From positions 8,062,001 to 8,126,000 of the forward strand of contig NC_045696.1 of assembly GCF_009834535.1 (NCBI RefSeq): a stretch of 64,000 bases of DNA, given 5' to 3'. Below, piece by piece: positions 39,169 to 52,013 of the stretch. The number at the start of each line of letters is the position of its first letter. Positions within the stretch are counted from its first letter, which is position 1. This stretch comes from Camelus ferus (lineage: Eukaryota). The notes beneath the pieces are model-generated. The model did not search any database, had not been told where the DNA came from, and was given only the letters and a program-made list of their open reading frames with translations. The position numbers and the translations under genes were made by a program.

Positions 39169-39303
39169 CTCGTCCCCTCGGATCTGCGGGGGCCTCTTCA
39201 CCACCTCTTTCACCAGGTGCAGCACCGTGTCCGTCCGCAGGGTACTCAGCGCACAAGTCAGGTCGACGAGGGTGAGCTGGGATGCGCTCGCCACGGGGAC
39301 AAT
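39169..39303 (-). CDS. DOP1B: DOP1B exon ~23 ([45 protein letters not shown])
   Basis: tctacag|ATT ... GAG|gtcagg; 135 nt, phase 0/0. Confidence 0.93.
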
Positions 39304-39329
39304 CTGTAGAAATGAAAATCACTCCTTTA

Positions 39330-40006
39330 GGATCCCTTAAAAAACTGAAAACAGATTTACCCTATGACCCAGCAATCCCACTCCTGGGCATATATCTTGA
39401 GGAAGCTCTAGTTCAAAAAGATACATGCACCCCAGTGTTCACAGCAGCACTATTTACAATAACCAAGACGTGGAGGCAACTTAAATGTCCACTGACAGAT
39501 GAATGGATAGAACAGTTGTGGTGTATATATACTCGATGGAATACTACTCAACCATAAAAAATAATGAAATAATGCCATTTGCAGCAACATGCATGGACCT
39601 GGAGATCACCACTCTAAGTGGAGTCAGTCAGACATAGAAAAAAGAGTATCATATGATATCACTTATATGTGGAGTCTAAAAAAAAAGGGCACAAATGAAC
39701 ATATTTACAAAACAGAAACAGACTCACAGTCATAGAAAACATATGGTTACCAGAGGGGAAAGGAGAGGGCAGAGGGATAAATTAGGAGCTCAGGATTTAC
39801 AGATACACACTACTGTATACAAAACAGATAAACAACAAGTTTATACTGTATAGCACAGAAAACTACATTCTTTATCTTTTAATAGCCTATAATGAAAAGA
39901 ACATGAAAATGAATATATATATTCTTTATAACTGAATTACTATGCTGTACACCAGAAATTAACACAACATTGTAAACTGACTATACTTGAATTTAAAAAA
40001 AAGTAA
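39330..40006 (+). mobile_element. Young 5'-truncated L1 with a perfect 15-bp TSD
   Basis: ORF2 C-terminus LPYDPAIPLLGIY; TSD aaaatcactccttta at 39315-39329 and 40007-40021. Confidence 0.92.
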
Positions 40007-41314
40007 AAAATCACTCCTTTAAAGCTCACAGAGAGAAAACAAAAATAAGAATTACACACAGAAAGTGCTCTATAATACTTGCTCCTGGAGAAAGAGATTT
40101 GTTTTAATCTTTCAAGCAAATATTTAAATGAAAACTGAGTAAAGGACTCTGTTGGTCCTGACAAAGAGTGAGGCAGGCATTTAATTACAATAACGTAATC
40201 AGTCTCTGCTGTAAATTAGGAATAAAAGGTGCATTTGATGATGGGGCAGTCACTCTAGTTAGTTCAAGCTTAGAGAGTGTTTAAGAAACAGATAGACTTA
40301 ATTTGAAGGAAACAGGCTGATATCAAGAGACAGTCCCCAAAGCATGAGGACAGTAAGAAAACCACGTAAACCAGATTCACACTAGCTGGCCTCGGCAGGA
40401 AAACCCCAGGGTGGGAGGTATACTTGATGAAAGGAGTCTGCATAAGGTGGTCATGTGCACTGGGAAGGATCAGGTTTATTGTCAGGGAAGCCCTCACAGG
40501 TTCTAAGCTGGGTGGCCAGGGCCACCAACCTCTCAGGCCTTCTCAGGGAACAGGTGTCCATGTGGGGCACTGAGACAGCACTCGGGGGTGGGGCAGACCC
40601 TCTGAGGGAGGGATGAGCAGGAGCCTGCATGGTCGAAGAGGGAACCAAGGAAGAAAGCTGTGCTGGTTTTGCAGAAACAGGTCAACTGAGCTCCTGAAGG
40701 ACCTCGTGATGGATCAGTTGGTGGAGGAAGAACAGACAAAATGCAAACTGAAGTCTGGGCATAGGAACGTGATGATTTAAATTTTCTTTACCATCATGGA
40801 CAAGTATTATTTCTATAAATTAAAAGAGACTGATGATCCTGGTTGATGACGACGTCTCAAATGCATCAACGGAGACAACATACCTCTGTGACAGGGATGT
40901 TGAACGGGGCAGTGAGTGCACGTGCTGGGGCCAGGGGAAATATGGGAAATCTCTGCACCTTCCTCTCATTTTGTTGTAAGTCTAAAACTGCCCTATAAAG
41001 TCTTTATTTAAAATGTACATGTTATGTGTATTCTTGTAAGCATACTATTAGATGCCAGATTTAAAAGGTGAACCGTAAGTACAATGGAGTCATTAAAGAA
41101 AGTCAGAAAACAGAAGCTGGGGCGAGTTCCACCGCCACCCACCCAGCATCCAACCCCGGTGTCACGAGGTATGGCTGTCTGACTGCGTGCTTTTAAAGCA
41201 GCGGAACTACTTTCACAGTTTCCCGTGTTGGTCTCTGACGTCACCTTTGATGACACGTGACTCTGGTATTCTGTCAGAGTAAGTTTAGCTACCGCCTTGA
41301 TTTTCCGGCTTTAC

Positions 41315-41437
41315 CTTCGTCTTACTGTGGTGTTTCACCCTCTTCCTGCTCCACACGGCTGCAACAGCTGCAGTTAACTGGACTCCAAGGTGGGCTGTCA
41401 AGGGGTTCAAGAAGTCTAAAATTTTTTGTCGTATGGT
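41315..41437 (-). CDS. DOP1B: DOP1B exon ~22 ([41 protein letters not shown])
   Basis: tttccag|ACC ... AAG|gtaaag; 123 nt, phase 0/0. Confidence 0.93.
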
Positions 41438-42399
41438 CTGGAAAATAGAGAAAAGAAGAGCGGAATCAGGGCTCCGGCGGACGACATGCTTCACCGCCAC
41501 CTGTAAACCCTGGGAGCCCTGGGGTCCATCTTAGTGCTCCCAGCACCAGGCCTAGCAAGTCCCTGGAAGGGGAGGGGCTGGAGGAGAAGTATGGGGGGCC
41601 CGCAGGTGGACGGGCAGATGCTATCTGAGCTGAGCAAGAAGAGACTCCAGGGAGGTGATAAATACCACCTTCGAGCAGCCACCTGAAGCCTTGCAGACAC
41701 AGTGAGAAAGAGGGGACCAAACAGTGGGGCCAGCACTGTTCCCACCCTGAAAGCCCCCACGTCAACCAGCCCAGGAAGGGCTCATGTTCAACAGGAAGGA
41801 TGTTTTTTCAATTTCCAGGAATAAGTACCACTTAACTAATTTCACTATGTAACCAATTAAAAATAACCCCGCAACATGGCCCTGGACAGCACCCGTCACC
41901 CTCCCTTTTGCTACACATGGGTTTTTTTCATTCACGAAACCTCGTTTCTCCCTCTGTAAATCCTGCGTGTCCCCCAGCCTCTAACACCCCCCACCCCATC
42001 AACGCCCCGCAAGCTGGGTCCCAGCTCAGCCACTCTGCTTCGGGAAGGCCGCCTCGACCCCCAGCCCAGGTCAGGTTCCTGGGTCGCACGCTGTCACAGT
42101 GCCCTCGTTTCTCTGTAGCACTTCTCAGCATTGCTTTTACATTGGCAGTGCCTGTGCCTGCCAGCAGGACGAGGACTTACTTCCTCTGTCTTAAACACTG
42201 GGCTATAAACGGGGCCTGGTACGCAGCAGCAGGCCCACAAATGTTTGTAGAATGAATGAATTTATTTTGGGCTCTGTCCCCACTGTCTTTGTCTAGAATC
42301 ACCTTAGATACAAATGAGCGTGGGATGGAGATGTCCTCTCCCTCCTACCACGGTTTCTGCTCTAGAGAGACTGTGGGGGTCTCAGCTGGAGGCCTCGGG

Positions 42400-43010
42400 T
42401 CCTTCAGGGAGGGCTTGAGTTAAGTGCTCAATAAATGTTAGCCATTATCACAATGAATCTTTCCCTGAGCCCCCTGAGGCAGGCTACTAGTAACAGACTC
42501 ATTTCACAGACGAGAAAACTGAAGCTCAGGGTGAGTGCCTACGGATTTTCTGAACCTTTTTAGAACTTATTTTTAAAGCTTAATTTAAGCAGGTTCCTGT
42601 GGCAGCTTGGAATACAGCAGATCCCCTTAGAGGGCATTCCTGGAACTGACAGAACATTTTGCAGCCTACCTGTGAGTTATAGAACCTAAAAGCACGCCGA
42701 TCTGGGAGTCAGACTGCCTGGGTCTAATTCCAGCATCACTGCTTATGGGTGTGCAATTGAGGGCAAAGCATTTAGTCTCTCTACACCCCAATGTCCTCAT
42801 CTGTAATCAGGGAATAATAATAGTACATCCATCATAGGTGAAGACTAAATATGCCAATAAACATAGGGCACCCGGATGATGCCTGGCATCATGCTTGCAA
42901 CTGAGGAAACCATAGTACAGAGAGGTTAATGAACTTGTCCAAAGTCCCACAAAGCACCTGAGCAGGAGGCTGAACCCAGGTGAGCTGGCTCCCTGTGCTC
43001 TGGTCTGTTT
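42400..43010. mobile_element. Cluster of MIR/L2 fragments
   Basis: taagtgctcaataaatgttagc, catttcacagacgagaaaactgaagctcag, ggagtcagactgcctgggt, cctcatctgtaa. Confidence 0.65.
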
Positions 43011-43172
43011 TGTTTAACCGGGGCTGCCAGATGCCAGTGTAAGCCCTGAGGACACCACCTGGCACCGACAGGTGCTCAGCTGATGTGAGACAGGGCCAGA
43101 TAATTCTTAGCTACTAGACGCGGCAATTAGAGACTGAGTCACGTGCCTGGATGCTTCCAAGGGAGAGTGAAC

Positions 43173-43709
43173 TGTAATGGGGCAGGACCCTGTGGGGCCT
43201 TCCCAGGACAGACCACTCCTCCCCACGTCCTCTGCCTGCTTCTTGTTTGTAGAAAAGCTGTCGTCTCCCAGGCCTCCCTGGTCACAGAAGCTTGGTTCAA
43301 AAGTTAATGATTGAAAGGATGTGAACATGTAGTGATAAAAGTAGTAGTTTTGCCAGGAGAACTGGTAACTATTTAAACAGTAAGTCAGCCACGCGGCAGT
43401 CACAGAATCTTTAGTTGCTCCCTGAAGTATACAGATGACAGTATCTGATGTTGTTTTACATTCACTACATTCCTGAGTTGTTTTACAGACACTAAAACCC
43501 TCACCAAATGGAAGAAGCTAACTGCACAATGACCATGTGCCTTAAAAGCTCTTCCCTGAAACCCACTGGGGAGTTGGGGTTTTTTGAGCATCAGCTGCAC
43601 ACATTGCTTGTTTGGCACCTACAATAAATGCTGCACTTTCCTTCACCAAAACCCAGTAGATTGGCTTCATTGCACACAAGGGAGTGGACCCAAGTTTGGT
43701 TAGGGAACA
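43173..43709 (+). mobile_element. Solo ERV1 LTR, 537 bp, with a perfect 4-bp TSD
   Basis: TGTAAT...GAACA; TSD gaac at 43169-43172 and 43710-43713; AATAAA at 43623. Confidence 0.88.
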
Positions 43710-44140
43710 GAACTAGAACTGTCCTGGGCTGTGTGCTTCTTCTGGTTCAATAAAAAAACTCAAAGACACCTCAATGTGTTCAAGGCATCACTAAAAGCAG
43801 AATGTAAGGGCGAAACTGTCTTAGTAGACATGCTTGAGAGAAACAGGTTGTAGACTTCAGGTAACCCACCTGGAACCCCCAGGGATTTTACTTTTGTTTT
43901 TAAAAAAAGAAAGGCAAAGGGGAAAAAATAAACAAAACAACTCAAAAAGCGTTTCTTTCTATGAATAGGAAACTTATTCTAATAAACAAACTGGAGATTT
44001 CTACTTCCGACTTACTTCTAACTTGGGATTCACTGAGCACATTAGGTTTGATTAAGTGTGTATATATTCCTGCATATTTTAACTTTCGGTGGACAATACA
44101 AGAAAAGGAAATAATAAAACCAGAGAGGAAGCTCTCTCAC

Positions 44141-44329
44141 TTTGGTGGTTTTAAAGTAAACGGAAGAGGATCCGTTTGTGGCTCCAAGGAGATCGACGGG
44201 TCTCTTCTGAGTCTCCTCCTTCTTGAGAACATTCCAGAGAAGGGCCATGGTGTTAACAATTCGAGGCAGTTCTTCCAGAATAGCATTCTTGGCATTTTTC
44301 AAATTGGTAGGGTCACTCATAGCAGTGGT
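44141..44329 (-). CDS. DOP1B: DOP1B exon ~21 ([25 protein letters not shown]...VYFKTTK)
   Basis: tttttag|ACC ... AAA|gtgaga; 189 nt, phase 0/0. Confidence 0.94.
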
Positions 44330-44739
44330 CTAAAAATGAAAATGAACATATGAGACTCGGCTGCATCTGTGGTGTCGTTTCCCTTTCCATGAGGTGGGAT
44401 GGTGGGATGGGCTGGTGCGCTCTTCCAAGCAAGTCCCACATGGGGTCTGGAAGTAAAATGCCTCCCTCCCTGAGCATTTAAAGCCAAGACTTTCTTTCCA
44501 AGATGTATGGATGTCTGTGACTCTGAGACCCCTCATTACAAACTGTTCCAGTCACTCAACCAAAGCACAGGCTGCAGTCTAAAATTTAATCCCAGGTAGG
44601 ACAGAACCATCAATAGCTAAAATGTCTTCCTACAGGTCAAGGTCAAGGAAAAAATAACATGGAAAAAAGATACATTTTTATCCACTCCTGGTGGAGAGCT
44701 ACACTTGCCTACAGGGAGTACCAGCAAGAACAAAACCAC

Positions 44740-44841
44740 ATTTGCATTACTTACCTGTGCATATTTGCACATATATTTGCATACATATTTGCATTATTTG
44801 CATGTGTTCATTTTCATTAACATTTGCATGTTCATTTGTAT
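44740..44841. repeat. Degenerate tandem ATTTGCAT (octamer) repeat
   Basis: Perfect copies at 44740, 44775, 44787, 44796 and 44822; one-mismatch copies at 44763, 44810 and 44834. Confidence 0.9.
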
Positions 44842-44939
44842 TACTCACATAAATACATTTCTTATTTGAACAGACATAACCCCAGCGAAGACAAAACAGT
44901 ATACGAGAACTGTCTTGAACTCAGGAAAAAATGATTTAC

Positions 44940-45051
44940 CTTTCTGTTTTGGTTGGGTTGTTCCAAAAGACAAAAATGACTAATGGTTGTCAGACCTTCC
45001 AGAAGAGTGAGTGGATAATCCGGAGAAATGTTTTCCCTCTTGGAGGTTACG
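44940..45051 (-). CDS. DOP1B: DOP1B exon ~20 ([37 protein letters not shown])
   Basis: ctaaag|CGTA ... AAG|gtaaat; 112 nt, phase 2/0. Confidence 0.92.
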
Positions 45052-45532
45052 CTTTAGTGAAGAAATGAGAAACTAGTTTTGAGACTTTTAAGAATAAGGC
45101 CATAAAGGTTTTTCATCCTACATATAAACATAGAAACCAGAGAGATATCACTCAGAAGAACCTGGGGCTCTCATAATGGGATATTGTTATAATAATGACA
45201 GGCATCTTTTGTGCTGATTTACATTTTTATAGTCACTTTGGAAAAATGTTTCCAGATGTTTTAGAATTTCTGTGATGAGGATTCACATTTTTATTTCTGT
45301 TTTGCAAAAATAATGGACAGTGACTGACTTGTCCTGTAACACAAAACTAGCCTGGATAGCCATGAGGAATTAAAAATAAAAGAGCTGACCATTTAGTTAC
45401 CCCTCTTGACAAGGCTAACTAGGCTTTTGATTAGGTTGAAATTACCCTCCAATTGGCTTCTAGAGCAAATCAGCCATTTGTGACAAAAGACGTCATTAAA
45501 GCAACAGGAATGCATCCAAGGGTTCACCATAC

Positions 45533-47162
45533 CTGATGGAGAGCTTCACCGATTCGCTTTCATACTGCTTGACCAGCTCGTCCAAGTTTTTGCAAATCTG
45601 GACAAGGAAGGGGGTCACTGTCCAGCCCAGGGACTTCCCGAAGTACGGCAAGGACTGCGTGACCAAGCTGACCCAGGCGGGGTGCATGCCGTAGCCGTAG
45701 GCCGGCTGCAGGCCCCTCACCACGGCCGAGACCAGCAGCCCCTGCGAGGTGAGGGGGTGGGGCTGCACGTACTGCATGGCGCTGATGGCCTGTTGGAAGT
45801 TCAGCGTCCGCCGCCACTCCCGGGACAGGTCCGGCTGATTTTCGGCCTCGTCCTGCACCTGGCCCAGGTGGTGCTCCAAGACGATTAGCACCTGCAGCAG
45901 CTTCAGCAGCTCAATCTGCAGGGGGTGCTCGCTCCAGATCTGGTCCTGGCCCAGGTTGATGAGGCTCTCCTCAAAAATGCTGTCCTCCCGCGGGGCCCTG
46001 CCTCGCTCCGATGTAGCCAGCCCATAGCGCTTCTGGCTCGTGTACATGGACGCGGACAGTGATAGCAGGACAAACTCCTGGACTTTGCACCGCTGCAGCA
46101 GGCTGTGGATGAACTCCACGTTCTTCCCTTCGGCCGACTTGGCCACTGAGACCAGCTGCGTCATCATTCGAATCAACACCTCCACGCTCTTGACCTGCAC
46201 GTCCCGGTTGCCGAGGATGTCTCGGTGGGAGACCTTCAAGTAACAAGGGTAGTAGCTTCGCAGGAAGCTCAGGCACAGGTAGGTGAGGAGCTCGAGCAGC
46301 AGAGAGTGGGGGAACACGTTGGGAGGCTGGGTCTGGAGCTTTCCGTAGAAACTCTGGCCAATGAGGGCCTCCTGATGGCGAGCTAGGAGGTTGGAGATGA
46401 GGTTTAGGTGCGCGGTGGAGCTGGTGTCCATGCTGGTCCCGGACACAGCCTCAATAAACTCCCTGGGGTTGGTTTTGAGCACGGCCTCCAGCACGGAGAA
46501 GGCATAAAGCACTCGCCTGGAGTCGTAGGGCTGCAGGTAGAGCAGGATGTGCTTGAATAAGGCCTCAATCATCTCCTGCCTCTCCCGCTGCTGCTTCAGC
46601 AGCCTGGACGTGGTCAGGGCCTGGAGCTCCAGGTCAGCTTCTTCGTCGCTGGAGAGCGACTCCGAAGCCTGGGTCTTGTCTGAGTCCACGCGCGTCAGGC
46701 TCAACTTGGCGTTGGACTTGAGGCTTTCTGCCTGGAAGGCCGCCAGCAGAGTGGAGCGCTTGTGGGGGCCCCTGCCGGCCCCGGGGATGGACGCACAGCA
46801 GTGCTCGCCACTGCTCAGCTCCTGTGGGTCATGGGAAGGGGAGGAGAGGGAGGACGTGTTTTCGCTGTCCGTGGGGCCGGACTCGGCGTCCGCAGACTCG
46901 GTATGCTCGCTGCTGTCCACGGTGCTGCAGGCCGTCCCGTCCAGCAGGTCTGAGGAGCAGGGAACGTCTTCCTCACTTGGATCGCTGCCCGCCGGGCACT
47001 TCTCTGGTTCCTTCTCCACCTCGGCCCAGATGGCCTCGCGGTCCACGGTGGTGAGCTGGCTCAGGGGCACACTCTCTGCAGAGCTGCCCTCCTGAAGGTC
47101 AGGCACGCCCCACGCCTCTTTGCAAGATGTATGCTTCCTGTTAAACCAACGATGCCAGTCTT
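45533..47162 (-). CDS. DOP1B: DOP1B large internal exon ~19 (1630 nt)
   Basis: attttcag|AAGAC ... ATCAG|gtatgg; phase 1/2; contains the 536-aa ORF 45496..47106 ([28 protein letters not shown]...). Confidence 0.96.
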
Positions 47163-47285
47163 CTGAAAATTACAAGATGACAGACGACTTCAGAACAGGA
47201 AGATCACTTAGGATAAGTCAGTTCCAGAGTGATCTTTGTCTTAAAGCCAGGCAGAAAGATCAATATTTATAAAATTCTGCCATGA

Positions 47286-47516
47286 GGAAGGGGTAAGACA
47301 GGGGTAGGGGTTTAAGAGGTATAAACTACTATGTATAAAGTAAATAAGCTACAAGGATATATTGTACAGCACAGGGAATACAGCCAATATGTTATAATAA
47401 CTATAAACCCTTAAAAATGGTGAATCACTATGTCATGCACATGAAACTTATGTAATACTGTAAATCAACTATACCTTAATAAAAAATTGTAAAAAAACAA
47501 CACAATAAAACAAAAT
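47286..47516 (+). mobile_element. Short L1 3' tail with TSD
   Basis: gtacagcacagggaatacagccaat...; TSD aaaattct(g/c)ccatga at 47271-47285 and 47517-47531. Confidence 0.85.
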
Positions 47517-49732
47517 AAAATTCTCCCATGAAATGACATCACTAGAGTCTAGATTACATTACCAAAGGAAGGCAGACATGTAAAGTGAACAGGTCTTTTA
47601 AAATGTTCAAGAAATTGGATAATTTAGTTACACTGTCATAGAAAATATAAATATCACAAGTTTTGGGGGAGGGTTATTTTAAAAAAAAATGCCTATCATT
47701 TTCTCCCAGGAGTTTCCTTTCAAAAAAGTTATCCTACAGAAACGTCAGCAGAAGGTTTTCAAAGCTAAAAGCGTATCATTGAAACATCTTATATAAAAAC
47801 AAACAGGAAAGCAAATAAAAGTATCCATAGGAAGAGGCGGGTTGACAAACTCACAGCACATGCTACTTACTGTTTGGGTTTTTTAAAGATACAGCTACAT
47901 GTACTGATATGGAGCAATGTGTATGATATATTAAGTAAAAGAAAAAACCCAAGCTGAAGAATCCAGCTGTATAGATGAGCCCATTTACAGGAGGGAATTA
48001 TACGCAGCAGTGAAAAAGTCTGGAAGGGTATCTGCTGAACCATTAACGGTAACGCGCTGTACCAGCCAGCATCACAAGGACTTTCACGTGTACTTTTACT
48101 TTCCAATTATTCCAATTTATAAAACAAGCATGTTAGTCCCTCTGCGATCAGAAAATACACAATCTTTTAAGGTGCTCAGGTGTCTTTTAAAAAGGAGTGA
48201 AAAGCCAGGCATCTTTGGTGTTACCAAACATTTTTAATATGCAACTTTCAACAGATCTAGTCCATGAATATTAAGCCAGATTAGGAAAGAAGGGAGAATT
48301 AAGATATTAGAAATAGATGAGCTGCCTGATGTGTACAACAGTATTTCAAAATTAGATTACAGAGGGAGTGTGGAGGGCAAGCACGTCTAGTTGCTTCCAG
48401 GGAAAGAGCATGGCAGAGAAAACACATTTTCTCTCATTAGGCAGGTAGCATTAAACCTCGATTAGAGGAATTAGAGGAGGTGCCAAGAGACCTTCAAAAC
48501 TCAACGAACCGTGGAGTTAAAACTTTCTTCTTACAACAAGGAAACACTTAAAAATTTAGCTGCCATAAATGGAAGCCAAACTTTTAAGAAGGTGCTTAGT
48601 TTAAACATCTTTGAATTTTACTTTCTTAGGATGTGGAGTAATAAAACGTCTCTTCTTTGAGAAGGCAGCCAGCTTTCCCCTCTACAGAAAAACCACAAGT
48701 TATAGCTCTAGGCAAGGAGCCCTGTAAAGAGGAAGCCACCTCAGAAATCTTTGCTTATTTAGGCGTTAGGCAGCTTTTCTCTGTAAGATAAGACTGTGAC
48801 TGTGAGTATTTACAACCCAGTGAGCCAAACAAACTAATTAAAACTTGTAAAACCATCACTTAGAAAACTGCAGGAAGTCATAAAATACAGCCACTGTGAG
48901 AAGTAACGTCAGTTCAGAAACTGTGCTAGGTATTAAACACTGAAACGCAATGAACTCATCAGTTTTATTTTAGTCTCTTTCTTTTCTTCTTTCTACCTTG
49001 ACTCTTTTAAATTTGTGTTAAAGATGCCTCTCAAAGTTCTCAGAACCCAAAGGTTGACTTCTTCTGTGTTTCTGATTAGCTGTTAACAGCTGGAAAGAAC
49101 CTTAGAGAGTGGATAGGAAAAAACCACTTACCTTGTTGTTGAGGGTTCCAAGCAGAAGTAATTTTTATAGGTCAAGTATAACGGATGAGACCTCATGCAA
49201 ATTTCCACATTCTTGATCGTTCAGACCTGGGGGCAACCTCAGCTCTCCCGCCCCAGGTCTGAGAACTGCGAGCCTGGCCAACCCAAACTTCACTTCCCGC
49301 CAGACATCAGACTACTTCTCTGAGTGAAGGGCTGGTCTTAGAGACCTCTGGGTGGATGGTCTGCTTTCCCTTCCTCCTACCTTAGATGCCCTTGAATTGT
49401 TTTTTCTAGCCAAAGAATCAAGATTCAGCTATTTTTATTGTAAATTTTTATTAAAATTTTCCTTTATAACATAAAAAAATTAGATTTTTCAGTGAAAACA
49501 ACACACTCGCTACCTGGCATTCCTAAGTGCCAGTTCATCTGAGCCTTAGGATTTAAACGTCCCTACAAAGTACCTACGTACCTTTTGAATCTGGCAAAAC
49601 CACCAAGTAGGCCAAAGTGCCCTGACTGTCACATTGGGAGGTTGGATTCCACGCCAGCCCTTCCTCAATCCCAAGTCCAGGGTTCTGGCGACACACAGCT
49701 GGCCCAGCACCCAGCCCGTGAGGTGTGCTCAC

Positions 49733-49923
49733 CTGCTGAGTTCTCCTGCTTGAGGCAGTGAATGGAGGTCCTCTGGGTCTTGGGCTGGAGCAGAAGCAGG
49801 AGCACGGGTTCGAGGATGCGCGCCACGTCGCCGAGGGAGAGCGCCCGCACCAGCCAGCCCTGGGCGGCAGCACTGATGGCGCCATCCGTGCAGGCCAGGC
49901 TGTCCAGCACGACGAACAGGGAC
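49733..49923 (-). CDS. DOP1B: DOP1B exon ~18 ([16 protein letters not shown]...HCLKQENSA)
   Basis: ccgcag|GTCC ... GCAG|gtgagc; 191 nt, phase 2/1. Confidence 0.94.
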
Positions 49924-50100
49924 CTGCGGGGTGGGGGTGGGGTATGGAAGCACACCGTCAGGCCGGCATTCAGGGCCCCGTGTGCTGGGATGCCCTCAGA
50001 AAGCTTCATCCAGGCTGGGCTTGAGGACCCAGGCAGGAAGGACCAGGGATCTCAACCTTGCCTTCAGCTAGTCACTGGGGGAGCTTCTAAATTCTGATGC

Positions 50101-50686
50101 CATACCTGGAGAAAACTACAATTCAAAAAGCTACATGCACCCCAATGTCCATAGCCACACTATTTACAACAGACAAGACACGGAAGCAACCTAAATGTCC
50201 ATGGACACATGACTGGATAAAGAAGGCGTGGTGTACATATGTAGACAATGGAGTACTACTCAACCATTAAAAAATGAAATAATGCCATTTGCAGCAACAT
50301 GATTGGACGTGGAGATTATCTTACTAAGTGAAGTCAGTCAGACAGAGAAAGACAAATATCATATGATATGATTCCACTTATACGTGGAATCTAAAAAATA
50401 TATACAAATGAACTTATTCATAAAATAGAAAGACATAGAAAACAAATTTATGGTTACCGAAGGGGATGGAGGAGGAGAGAGAAATTAGGAGTTTTGGGAT
50501 TGGCAGATACAAACTACTGTATGTAAAAGAGATAAACAACAGGTCCTAATGTATAGCACAGAAAACTACATTCAGTATCTTGCAATAACCTGTAATGACA
50601 AAGAATATATATATAACTGAATCAATATGCTGTACACCAAAAACTAACACAACGTTGTAAATCAAATATACTTCAATAAAAAATAA
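50101..50686 (+). mobile_element. 5'-truncated L1
   Basis: acatgcaccccaatg, ctaagtgaagtcagtcagacagagaaagac, cttcaataaaaaa; degenerate flanking gatgccca repeat. Confidence 0.88.
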
Positions 50687-51235
50687 AACCCCGATGCCCA
50701 AGCCTCACCCCAAGTCTGGGCTGGGGAGCTCAGGCGTCAGAATCAGCTGGCATCTCTCTAAGGCTGTCTGACCCCACATCTCCAACTTCAGAAACAAGGT
50801 AGGGAATTTAAAAAAAAAAAAAACAACATGGAGTAGGATGCACTTGCAATAGAACACACGTCTTCAGGGTGTGGTTGATGACCTGACAAGCGTACACACG
50901 CGGGGTTCCTGCCGTCCAATCGAGATCCAGACCATCTTCATTTCCCTGCAAAGCTCCCTCGTGGGGCACATTCTACAAGCTCCTTGGGTGATTCTGACAT
51001 GTGCTGGGCTTCCTCCCTCCATGACCAAGTTAAGGAAATTCCTACCAGGTATTCACACCTATCTGGTCTGAATTCACTTAGGGGATCACAGGAATTGTTT
51101 GCTCTGCATCAAGAGCACAGGGTCATGTTTTCCATCTCACACATCCCCCTCCCTCACCAGCCTGACACGCTGACCCAGAACTTCTGCAAAGTGGCCTTTT
51201 GCACTAAGGGCAAGTTACAATGAAGACTCGCTCAC

Positions 51236-51336
51236 CTGTCAAAGGAGCGATTGTGAGAAGTCACCCGACTGCCTTGGATCTCCCTCGTCAGGTGCCAGAT
51301 GACAGAAAATCGAAACAGAGCTTCCAATCTTGTTCC
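51236..51336 (-). CDS. DOP1B: DOP1B exon ~17 ([33 protein letters not shown])
   Basis: atcaag|GGA ... GACAG|gtgagc; 101 nt, phase 0/2. Confidence 0.92.
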
Positions 51337-52013
51337 CTTGATTAGGACAGAAATAAGAGTGAGGAACCTGATTTCTTAACAGAACACTGTTCTCAGTGGC
51401 AGCAAATCCAGTTTAAATATCAAACAGGAGCTCAGGAGAAAGGCAGCAACCAGGGCAGAGATGCTGGAGTCTCATTAGTGCCTGGTGGGACCTGGAGGAC
51501 AGGAGGACCCGCATCCTCACTTTAACATGGATGCATTTTTAGGAAAGCGCATATTACAGACTCAGCATTGGCCCAAGTCCAGGGCCACATGTAGGCCTGT
51601 GGTTGAAGGAAAACACAGAGCTTGGCCCCCTCATGCTCCTTGGTAGTGCCAGGTTGAACGGCTTAGACAGTAGGACACGACCTGACGGCAAAGACGAGCT
51701 GGGGCTTCAAAGGCCAACACATTCTCTACGACTGTCTACTTCACCCATAGCTCCAGAAGCCCCACAAACACCATGGGAGCCTGGGAAGATCTCCCTGCCT
51801 TGATATGACTCTGTAGGGGATGGCTCATGCTTCTGCAGGCCTTCTGGTCCTGAAATTACTGATTTATTAAAATGTTCCTAATGCACCATGCCTGCTCATT
51901 AACTGGGATGTCCACGGAGCCCCAGAAAGACCCCCACCAGATACAGGTGAGCCTGCCTGAGCGCGGAGAGTCTGACCACTGCTGGATGGAGGTTACCGGC
52001 TGCAAAGACTCAC

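Noticed and set aside
45560..47095. Antisense and alternative-frame ORFs over the large DOP1B exon (e.g. 182 aa at 46547..47095)
   Set aside because: Shadows of a GC-rich coding exon with no independent signals.
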